This document shows positions 11,583 through 23,300 of a stretch of DNA of 64,000 bases, in pieces. This stretch comes from Haliotis rubra. Taxonomy: Eukaryota. Numbering within the stretch: the stretch's first letter is position 1; each line of letters opens with the position of its first letter. Under the pieces are notes generated by a model. That model did no database searches and had not been told where the DNA came from. It saw only the letters and a program-made list of their open reading frames with translations. A program made the position numbers and the translations under genes. Where the stretch lies: contig NW_025767705.1 of NCBI RefSeq assembly GCF_003918875.1, positions 186,001 to 250,000 of the forward strand, read 5' to 3'.

Positions 11583-12265
11583 AGATTCGAACCACTGGTC
11601 AAAGGATCCTACACACCTTGGTGAAACAAGTTTGATTTTCATGTTAATCTGGGATTCGAACCAATGATCAAAGGATCCTACACACCTTGGTGAAACAAGT
11701 TTGATTTTCTCGTTAATCTGGGATTCGAACCAATGATCAAAGGATCCTACACACCTTGGTGAAACAAGTTTGATTTTCATGTTAATCTGGGATTCGAACA
11801 AAGGATCAAAGGATCCTACACACCTTGGTGAAACAAGTTTGATTTTCATGTTAATCTGGGATTCGAACCAATGATCAAAGGATCCTACACACCTTGGTGA
11901 AACAAGTTTGATTTTCGCGTTAATCTGGGATTCGAACCAATGATCAAAGGATCCTTCACACCTTGGTGAAACTAGTTTGATTTTCGCGTTAATCTGGGAT
12001 TCGAACCAATGATCAAAGGATCCTTGCACACCTTGGTGAAACAAGTTTGATTTTCTCGTTTATCTGGGATTCGAACCAATGATCAAAGGATCCTTGCACA
12101 CCTTGGTGAAACAAGTTTGATTTTCTCGTTAATCTGGGATTCGAACCAATGATCAAAGGATCCTTGCACACCTTGGTGAAACAAGTTTGATTTTCGCGTT
12201 AATCTGGGATTCGAACCAATGATCAAAGGATCCTTGCACACCTTGGTGAAACAAGTTTGATTTTA
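11583..12265. repeat. 69-70-bp tandem repeat, ~10 copies
   Basis: gattcgaaccaatgatcaaaggatcct..caccttggtgaaacaagtttgattttc; 23-aa periodicity in a spurious ORF. Confidence 0.92.
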
Positions 12266-13650
12266 GTAGTTCTATACTGACAACGTACGTGTAGCGACAG
12301 TCGATATCACGATAAACCTGTAAACACAAGATGCCTCGTATTCGAGAACGTAGGACACTCAAATTCATATAAACTGAGCATGATCAACCCTGTCAGGTAA
12401 AAACCGTACTTCCTCTAATACAGGTGTTATCAAAACCACGAACAGCGGCCGAGGCTCTCCTGTATGGATATACCATGTTAGTGGCTGTATCATGTACTTA
12501 TTTTTGCATATTTAATGCATTTATGGCGTTTATGTATGCAGTTATGTGTACAGATTGCAAGGACGCACGCGTGTCTGTGTAAGGTAGGCCTCCTATTTTT
12601 GACGCAACGCAAATGAACTCGCATGAGGAATTCCCCTAATGACGTCATTCCTATAAGGTATTTCCCCAACACGTTGACAATCAGGTAAGGTTATTTTCTC
12701 ATCTTTCGATAAAAATATGCGATTCCAATTGCAGACAGGCTGAGATATTATTTTAATGTGTTTCTGCGCCTGTCTGTGCATAACATATACAATAATATGA
12801 CAAACCTTTGATAAATTTCATTCCCAGAACAAGCTACTTCAAGATGCTTCTAAAAGTCTCATGAAAAATAAAATTGCCCCAGATATTTCATGAGGCTCAA
12901 TTTGGTTCACGTCAACAGAACCCTCAGAACTATGTTCCCCAGGGGAGTTAGCACTGCTCCAATTCTATATATGTGGAATTAGTAATGCCTGAGTGTATGA
13001 GAGAACAATGTTGGTATGAAAGTAAATATTTTCTACATACCTTTAGTTCAATATTTCGAAAACACATAACAGATTGATGTTATTTAATTCCCTAATAATT
13101 CCCTTATAAGACGATTATAGGCTCTTTCAAGTAATCTTTGTTGGTTTAAGGGATGTACCCACCATCTCCGTGTTCTGTTCTCCTCCTCATGCACAGAAAC
13201 TGCCAGAGAAGCTCGGATTTTTCCTCCATCTTATATTCATCCGTCTTATATCGCAGATGACCGCACCTAGTGTATTGGAAAAAACGCACTCGGTAACGCA
13301 TGCGTGAAAAAATGCGGACGTAGTGTAAATCCAGCCTAAGAGTAATTTGACCATGTTAACATTATGTTGTATTTTTACAGTGTAATGGTGTCTCGTTGAG
13401 GTCATTGAAGCATTAGAAGTTTGGGTCAAGTAATACAATATCTGCACAAATGCCTGCTCATAAATTTATGTCCAAGCAAAGTACACACATGGTAGCATCT
13501 ATAGGGTAAATCCGGTAAAAAACGTAGGCATTTCTTCACCCATAAAGACGAAGTTAAAGTGGGGAGTTATTTACCCGCCTGGCTCATAGATCTGTAATGG
13601 TAGATAAAAGCAATGACTCAAATACTATCTGTGCGATTTACTGAGCCCGT

Positions 13651-13660
13651 ACCCGGAAGT
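13651..13660 (+). promoter_or_regulatory. ETS/GABP-type motif ACCCGGAAGT upstream of NEK copy 1 (identical motif at 28763-28772 for copy 2)
   Basis: Identical 10-mer 80 and 87 nt upstream of the two ATGs in otherwise unalignable promoters. Confidence 0.5.
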
Positions 13661-13730
13661 ACCGTAAAACATAGCTCCGTGCGTGCAGTTCGTCGGATTA
13701 GGGTAGAATAGTCTCAGTACCCTCGATACC

Positions 13731-13820
13731 ATGGAGTCGGACTACAAGATCGTCAGGGAGCTGGGGACGGGGGCGTTTGGAACAGTGTACCTCATCAAAC
13801 ACAAGACAGAACCGGAATGG
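13731..13820 (+). CDS. NEK4-like copy 1 exon 1 (Gly-rich loop)
   Basis: [30 protein letters not shown]|gtatgt. Confidence 0.9.
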
Positions 13821-16800
13821 GTATGTACTACTGTTACCAAAGTCTTGATTCTGATCCTTGGTTTGATGGCGCCATACCTGTACTACTGGGTCTCACCAAA
13901 GTGGTATACAGCAAAGTCTTGTACCTCTCTGGACTTGCCTTCTCCGAGATGACTAAAATTGTGTGCAAACAGTTAAAACCAAACGATGTTGGTACTCGCC
14001 TGTACACTTGATATTGAGCGTGATTTGTGGCTTCACATGGAGGTAAATCACCATCAGATTTATGTGAACATTTTGATTGCATACTGCACACATGTGTATA
14101 TATAGGATGTAATTTAAAGAGGGAATATTATTACAACTATCATTATTTGTTTGTTTGTTTCATGGACTTCCTTTTGACGAAACTACAGGTTCTCTTAATG
14201 TGTTTGAAGTTATTTCTTAAATGAATTGCGGGCGAAATAATCGTGTGTGTGTGTGTGTGTGTGCGTGTGCGTGTGCGTGTGCGTTTATTACATTACCTAG
14301 AACATATTTTGTCCTTAGAATTTTGTATTTATGGTGCTTAATCGGGTGTCATTCGATAACTAATCAACGGATAGATGAAAGAAAATTATGTACACGTAGC
14401 TGAAGATGATTTCCAAGATGTGTGCAAAATATCAAAATAAAATGACTTCTACTCAATTTATGAAAATTATTCTTGCAACAGTTAATTAACATGTAAGTCT
14501 ATCGAGATATCACTAATGATGACTCACTTATGGCCAACTACTGTATGAAGTGAACGTCGATACAAGCCACAGGCAGGTGTCAGACCCTCCATTACTCAAG
14601 TATATATCACAATACGTTGTTGAAGATCGGCATTGCGCCAACAAACTTGATAACGGAACATTGGGTAAGATACCCAGTCCGCTTGTCTGCCATTAGTTAA
14701 GTATAATTCACAAGGCGTTGTGTTGAAGATCGACACCGCGTCAACAAACTTGATCAGGAAACTTTGGTAACAGTAGTACATACCGTTGATTAGTTATCGA
14801 ATGACACCCGATTAAGCACCATAAGTACAACTTAATTTTAATCTATCCCATAGACAGCCACGTCAAACCTGATTGGTATGTCTAATATTTGTTGTTTTAA
14901 TAGTTGCAGTTTTCTTATAACCATAGGAAAATTGAATGGGAATTATGTGTATTTGCAGCTGGTAGATAAGTATTGAAAGTAATTCGACCCAAACTAAATT
15001 TATGAAAATTATTCTTGCAAGAGTTAATTAACATGCAGGTCAGTGGGAATTTCACAAATGATGACTCACTTATGGCCATATTCTGTACACTAACTGTGCA
15101 TGTGTTTATTTTGCCATTGGAATAGAAAACCCTGTTTCTCATAAAATCTATAACTCCCATATGTTATATCCCGATTTGTATCTTTTGTGTAGTAAAGTGT
15201 TAAAATAGCTCGATTTCTTTGGCATGTCAAAAACGATTGAGAAATGCAGCGTCTGTTTTAAATTCGTTTTCCCTCAGAACGGATAATTGAAAAGAAATGC
15301 ATTGTATTACCAATTATTTCTCATACGGACAATAACTATCTGACAGAAAGTATGACGTAAATGCTGGCAATGCTTTAAAATCCTGATTGGTTATACCTGT
15401 TGTCACGTGCCTTCGGAGCCCTGAAGAACTGACCTGGAACTGGGTGCCGTTGTACAGAGCGATCTTGGCGCTAAGGTGACTGTAACTCCCATACCTTAAC
15501 ACAGAATTAAGGTAACCTTAGCGCTAAGGTTGTTTTGTACAACGGCTCCCAGGTCTTTAGCAACCCATGCATGTCGTGATGATCCTGATGTCAGTCACTG
15601 GATTGTCTGGTTCAGACTCGATTAATTTCATATAATTGTTTGACGTTTTACGCGTTCTATAACTGTAATATTACTGAGTTCGGCGTTAATCAACAGACGA
15701 ACACATTTGCCTTGATATTTGTGTGAGCACAACGTGTAATGGACATGTCCGCCCCTCTCGTCGTGACAGACAGTTCGATCATGCAGGTGCGGATATGAAG
15801 TTTCCATGACTTCGAGGCGAGGTGAGGTGAAATTGGGTTTTACGTCGTGCTTGAGAATATTTCGCTAATATGACGACGTGCATGCGTGTGTATGTGTATG
15901 TGGGGCTGCTTGTACTAGCCCAGACTTGCTGGTTTTATAGTGCTAGCCCACTGAGATACCATGCCGCAGTGAAGCATGAATACCCCATTCAGACACATTA
16001 TACTGACTCCGAGCCGACCAGTCCTTGTTGTACCCATTAGTGCCGAGCGCCAGGCAGGGACCAACAAGTACCATATTTTAACGTCTTTTGGTATGATGCG
16101 GTCGGGGATCGAACCCGCGACCTTCCGCTCTCCGGGCGGACGCTCTAACCACTACACCACGGAGGCGGTCCCCATGACTTCGAGTCGAAGTAACAACATC
16201 CTAGATCTGTGTCCATGGTGATAGCGTCTGCTCTCTTGTTATGCAAAGAATATATGCCCTTGACTGATTGAACGGATTGAATTTGAATACCTGGCTTCGA
16301 TCCCCCTTCCCATTTCTGCTGTCTCCTGCCGTTATATTGCTGGATTGGTGCATACAACGGCATAAAACAACATTGACTCACTGTTTGGGGTGTTGTGGTC
16401 GGCCACACATGCACCAGTGCCAAGAGAGAACCTACAAATGAAAATCAATGCTGTGGAATGTGTACACGCTTGAAATAGAAATAGCAACATACATTCCAAA
16501 CAGGACACAATTCCCATGAAGTGATCGTCGAATGCCTGCTGTACGGTGATCTGCTACTGGCCTCTTTGTCATGGTTGACTGGACGCGTGAAAGTGGGAAC
16601 ACACACACACACACACACACACACCCCCTTCGGTTGACATATCAGTGTATCTCCCGGCAGTGCTGTAGCGATGCATCGAACTATCGATAGATTGCAATTG
16701 TTGCGGCTCCGAAAGCAATTAATCGATGGTAGAAACGAAAAACTATCGATGCATTGATAGTTTCTGTGACTATCGATACCTTAGTAATTGACTTCCGTTG

Positions 16801-17242
16801 ATAAATGCGCAGCGCCAAATACAGGAAATTCACTTTGATTTGGAGTGATCTGCCCCTGTTACCTCTTAAACAAACATGGCGGCAAACACGGCATGTGACT
16901 AGGAGTTCGAAATTGTGAATAACAATAAGTTTATGTTTTAAGTGTTAACTTGATCTGTGCTTCAAGTTTCTTGTCAGTTATTAAAAGAGACCGAAATTAC
17001 TTCAACTTGTTTTAATTTCATATAAACTATACATTCATTTGAGAAATGACTCCAAGTGAGACAATTCAAGGAGAAAATAGTTGGTCGCAATAGTATAAGA
17101 TAAGATAAGATAAGATAAGATAAAATAATACTTTATTACCCAAGGAGGGAATTTTGTGTACAGCAGAGGTATATGACATGTTAAAACAGAGAGTACAATA
17201 CAAACAGACATACAAACCATGGGCGGATCCAGGAATTGTGAA

Positions 17243-17326
<84 letters not shown>

Positions 17327-20300
17327 GGGTTAAAACCCCTGAACCCCATTGGCTCCGTCAACGCAAAAAAATCTTCAATGTGGTCTTAAGTCATTTTCAA
17401 AAAAGAGGGGTGGTGGTTCGGACCCCTTCTGGATCCACCAATGCAAACATAAGCAATAATTAAACACATGCTATGTTATGTTTCAACAGACTATCGCTAT
17501 CACAATAGTTGTTTCCCTTCAGTACTCATGATCACCCCTATCTCCCGGTGTTCGTGTTTCATGCTGGTGCAGTGTGTGTGTCAACACAACAGGTACATAG
17601 TAGTTATTCTCAGTTATGTGGACATGTTGTCCAGACACAAGTGAATGTTTATCCCTACAATCTCTACTTACGTTCGATTCCAAAGCCCCGGACGACCCTG
17701 CATGGTGAACCGCCGCACTAGATATCAACCAAAATAAGGTCATCTTTTGTGTGTTTTTTTATCTTCAATCTCGAGAGCTGGCTGGCGAAAAATATAATTC
17801 GAACATATTCTAAAAAATGTCACTAACTGTGCAACTTATTTTTTGAAATTAAGAAATTTTAGATCACTTGGTAATAACCATTAAATTAATTTATGATGTA
17901 ATTCAATTGCATTGGTTGGGAATAAAAAATGGTTAACAGTAGTAAACACGTATAAATATATGTATACCTAAATGGGTGATGGTAGTATAAATGCGTACAC
18001 ATTCTGATTCTCGTCTGAGAAATTGAACATCCGATTGTTGACATAAATATTATAAATTTAGCATCAATAAACCATATCATACATCAAACTTTTATGATTT
18101 CGCAACTCTGTGTGACGTTGAATTCACATGTATTTAAAAAAAAGATACGACAGCTTCACTCAGTTGTGTGTTACAACCATACACTGTTGTACTCCTCCTT
18201 CAACAAGCAGTCGTGTTGGATTTCACTATCGGGCAAAAGTATACACCCGATTTGGAGTTAATGCTGAAACGCACGTAGCTATGCTTTATCTATGCCACGA
18301 GTGTCTTAAACAATCCTGTTTGGGTAAACACGATCCTGACTGTGTGGCACACTCTGCAATATACTGGTATACGAGGCCATGACACAATAAAATCATGGCG
18401 AATGTGGGATTCGAACCCAGAATCAAAGGTTTCGGACACGCCCAAGGGACGCAGACTATGTTGGCTGTCCAGACAAACTGAGACGAAAGGGCCGCCTTTG
18501 TCCCAAGTGCGGATGTGAAGAAGCCATGTAAGAAGTGAAGCAATCCCCAAGTGCAGGAAAACATGACTTTAATCACGATCTAATGGCCACTTTGTGAACA
18601 TATCACCAGTGATATAACGACCAGGTATGACTCATGTACGTAAGAAAACAACACCCTCCCCTAACCAATAGAAATAAAACACACAAACCCCTGCATGCGC
18701 CCCCGGAAACAGCACGTCGATGTAAGTTGCTGAAAAAGCAGCCTTTGCAATTGTCACTCAATAGCTACCTTTAGCCCCAAAGTATTGTAATTGTCACATT
18801 GTTAACCAGTGCCTCATGATCAGTCGCTCATAAAGACATTATTTTCCCTATCGTCAGTTCGCCCTGAAAACTGTGGATTTGTCAAGAGCAGACTCAAAAG
18901 AGAGGGCCAGTGCCGAGAGGGAGGCCAATCTGATGCGAGAGCTGGACCATGATCACGTGGTGCGGTACGTGGCGTCCACCTTTAACGGGTCCACCCTATT
19001 CATCTTCACGGAGTACTGCGAGGGCGGGGATCTGTCACACTTCCTGGAAGACTCCAATGGGAAACTGCCTGAAGACTTGATCGTGTGTTGGGTGTATCAG
19101 ACGGCTTCAGCATTAGCGGTGAGTGGACGAGTGTGCTTTTTAGCTACTGTATATCTCTGCGAAATACTCATGTAGGTAATCGAACCAGGGCCTTCGGCAT
19201 GATCAACAGACGCTGAAATCCACCCCCACCTTCCTGGCATAATGCATCTGGAGTGATGTGGATATTTATATGATTATTAACTGAGTTCAGAGGAGAGGAC
19301 TGAGTTAGGTTTTGTGAAAACTTACAACCACTTCTCTGCCACTGATACTTTTTATTCATGGGTTATAGAACTCCCAGAATTTACAATTACTTATCGTGTG
19401 CCGGGAAACTATGTTGCAGTACTTGCATCAGATGAAGATCCTACACAGAGATCTGAAACCCCAAAACATCTACCTCACTGCTGAGGGGGACATCAAACTG
19501 GGGGACCTCGGTATTGCAAGGTATGAATACAATGTACTTCGAACACTCTTGATGTCTGGAAACAATACATTTAGGATTGCATGGCACACCTATGATACAG
19601 TATACGCGGGGCTGGTGTTGGAAGTCGATTCAGCACAAGAACGTTGACAAAACAGTGAACATTCTCATTGTAGGGTCCTCGATAAAGGAATGGGCATGGC
19701 GTTAACAATGGCAGGAACCCCGTTCTACATGAGTCCCGAGATATTCCAGATGAAAGGATACGACCACAAGGTAGCTCTCTTCCTTAACTTTATATACAAC
19801 TTGTGACGTCAAACTATTGTTTTGTAGGGCCCTGGTTTCGCGGGATAGCTTTTCAGCAGGCACTTTCAACTGAATGTACCTCTGTCCCTGGGTTTTTCAG
19901 CAGAATATACCTCTGTATAGGGTCTTTCAGCAGAATATACCTCTGTCCAGGGTCTTTCAGCAGGATATACCTCTGTCCCAGGGTCTTTCAGCAGAATATA
20001 CCTCTGTCCCAGGGTCTTTCAGCAGAACATACCTCTGTCCCTGGGGTCTTTCAGCAGAATATACCTCTGTCCTTGGGGTCTTTCTGCAAAATATACCTCT
20101 GTCCCAGGGTCCTGGGATCAGTTTGTTCCCGGGACTTTTAACAGAATATTATGTTTCTCTGTCACTGAAAACAATATTTATTTGGTCGTAGGTTACAACT
20201 CCGAAAAAACACATGTAAAACAAATTAACAAAAGCAACAGTAAAAATGAAAGGTGAAAATCTAACAAAGAAATATGCATATTTGAAGATATGCTGTAGGT

Positions 20301-23300
20301 CCTGCTAAAAATGTTCGGCTCTTCCAAACCATTTGGCAAGTCCCTTATCTTCACACTTTTATTTCAGACCGACATCTGGAGTTTCGGGTGTGTGGTGTAC
20401 GAGATCGCGGCAGGAGAACATGCTTTCAGCGCCCCAGATATGTCATGCCTCGTTTTTGCAATCGTCTCTGGCAAAGTAGGTAAACTGTATTAACAGTAAA
20501 CCAAAATGATAAACATTTTAAACCGTTTCCAGAACACCAGGAAGAATAAATGTCATCGTTCCTCTGTCATAGGTTCCTTTGATACATACATCTTACAGTG
20601 ATGGGCTGCGTCAACTGGTGAAGTCGATGATGGACAAGGACCCGGATGAACGACCAAGTGCTGAACAGCTGCTAGACCGTAGACCAGTCAAGGAATTCGG
20701 AAACAACACTCAAAGTGTATGTACACATACGATTGTCTGCAAACTGGGCAGATACAAAAGTGCCAAGTTTACGCTGGCGACCGAAGTGTCTCTAGGAGCG
20801 CCACTTACCATGGCTGTGCAGTGTTGCAAGAAGTCTATGATCAAGGATTCGAAACCCTGAAAATTCTTCTTGCTTTGTCAGCATCATATTGCCAATTTGG
20901 AAAGCATATAAGACCTTGACAAGCGAACGCTTTAACCTCTATGCTACCCTACTGCTCACTCTCCTATTTTCAGCCCATGATAATTATGAAGAAATTCAAG
21001 TTCAGGACCAAGTGGGGAACACATGACTCAAGTGTAGACGTTTCCAAGATGTTCACGACGGCAGAGCTGAACCCTCCTCCATGCTTCGGAGAACATGATA
21101 TTCGCATTCTAAAGACTCTACTGCTGCACAGGAAGAGGTTGGGCCGACCTTCGCCCTCGGATATCAGCGAAACTGTCAAAGCGAACAAATACCTTCCTGC
21201 GATGAGGGTTAAGGAGGAGGCGATTGAGCTGAACCTGAAGGAGGACCCAAGCCATGCAGCCGTCATGGAGTCAGTGATGCGGGGATTGATGGGTGTGATG
21301 GTTGATTCTCAGGATGTGAGTGTTCATACTATGTAGAGACAATAATAATGTAGAGCGGTCTAATCAAAACTAGTGGTCAGGGTCCCCATCCACAAGGCGT
21401 TCGTAACGTTCGAATGGCCTAGTTTGTACGTGTACTTCTTCAGTATCACGTTCAACAAACGAGCGTAGCGCTGTCAGTGTTAAAGTATGATAGTTACGAT
21501 CACCTTAGCGATACGATCGCTTTATGGAACGGGCACCTGCTCTCCATTGGTTGTCTATGTTAAGGTCGCATGCAGATTCCGATACCTTTCGGTATGGACT
21601 TACCGAAACAAATCGTCAAAAATGCAAATTCAACTTATAAAGTTGAAAAATAACGCGATGAAAAAAACCGCGCGAAATCGGAGTTCAAACGTTTCACTAA
21701 TTTTCCCCCGACTTTTCTGGGGAAAACTGGTTTCAACAGCTGGGCTGCGCTCATAGCACGTGCGCAGTGAAATAGGTTCGCGCAACTTGGAAGCGGGCTG
21801 TCCGGTGAATACTCGGCGAAGGCTTTGGTGTGAGCTATTTTTCTAATGTTTTGTTGATATCTCACAGGCGCGAGCTTTTTATATGTTATGACAGTAAATT
21901 AACTGTTTATATAATTTCATTTGTCTGTTTCACCACACGTTCTTCTTACCGAGTCACTTTCTCAGTTCGATACTTAAAAGCAATGTCATTATTTAGCGTT
22001 GACAGAATTTCTAACTGTGATATAGATATGTCGTTGTCACAGACAAAACTCAATGTCTTGTTTTATTGACACCTGTGTGTCTGCCTGCCTGCCTGTCTGC
22101 TAATGACAATATTCAATACACAGCTGCTATCACTGACCACATGCAATTTGAACTTAACACCAATCAGGCTATACACCATAAACAAAATGCATTGATTTAT
22201 GGCCCGAGTTCGGTCTCTGTCACATTATGTAATTACACAGACAGACAGGTGTGATACTTGAACACATGACATGTTATGATGTCTGTTGATTGTAAAATGT
22301 TATACACAAACAATGAGCATGTATTTACAAAACCCAACATCTCTATATGTACACACACAATGAGCCGTCAGGGCATCTGCAGTAAATGAACCAGCCGTTA
22401 CACTTGAGTGCACCCTCACCCGCTCTGACTGGGTTCGGTATCCCGGCTGCTTCGTTTCTTGGGAAGTAAAACCCAAGTACACAATTTTGCAATTTTGATT
22501 TGCGATTGTACGGTTATAATTTTGTTTATATGTTTTTTCATAACCAGCAATGTATATTATATGTCATGAATAAGTGATAATTGTGTTTCAATTATGTTTG
22601 ATTTTTTGGTTGCATGTGACCTTTAAAGTATGGTAGTTACGACCACCTTAGCGATACGATCGCTTTATGGAATAGACACCTGCTCTCCATTGCTTGTCTA
22701 TGTTAAAGTATGGCAGTTACGACCACGTTAGCGATACGATCGCTTTATGGAACGGGCACCTGCTCTCCATTGCTTGTCTATGTTAAGGTATGGCAGTTAC
22801 GACCACGTTAGCGATACGATCGCTTTATGGAATGGACACCTGCTCTCCATTTCTTGTCTATGTTAAAGTATGGCAGTTACGACCACGTTAGCGATACGAT
22901 CGCTTTATGGAATAGACACCTGCTCTCCATTTCTTGTCTATGTTAAAGTATGGCAGTTACAACCACCTTAGCGATACGATCGCTTTATGGAATGGCCTCC
23001 TGCACTCCATTGCTGATCGTAAGAGAGACCTGCTGATTGATGCAATACCGCGGATTGCTGTTCAAGGTTTGCTTGATACGATTAAGTAGCTCATTCATTT
23101 ATTCATTCATTATCAGAAGCTAGTGAGTGTCATGTAGGTGATTATCCCTAATATAGTTGGTGTATATTTCAGCGCACCCTCAAAGCTTCAGCCATCTTGC
23201 CGGCTTTGGACATTGATCGTACAGGAGGCCAGGGGTCATCTACTGAGAAAGGTCTGCAGCATAGCATATTTACAGCTCTACGAAATATACGTAGTAAGAC

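Noticed and set aside
11583-12265. CRISPR-like regular array (also 22623-23013 and 53531-54031)
   Set aside because: Units are contiguous with no unique spacers, there are no cas genes, and the context is eukaryotic
11112-12368. Long repetitive ORFs (GRPSSA repeats; 265-aa GSFDHWFESQ repeats)
   Set aside because: Translations of 18-bp and 69-bp tandem repeats whose unit lengths are multiples of 3; later 70-bp units break the frame and there is no splice or domain support
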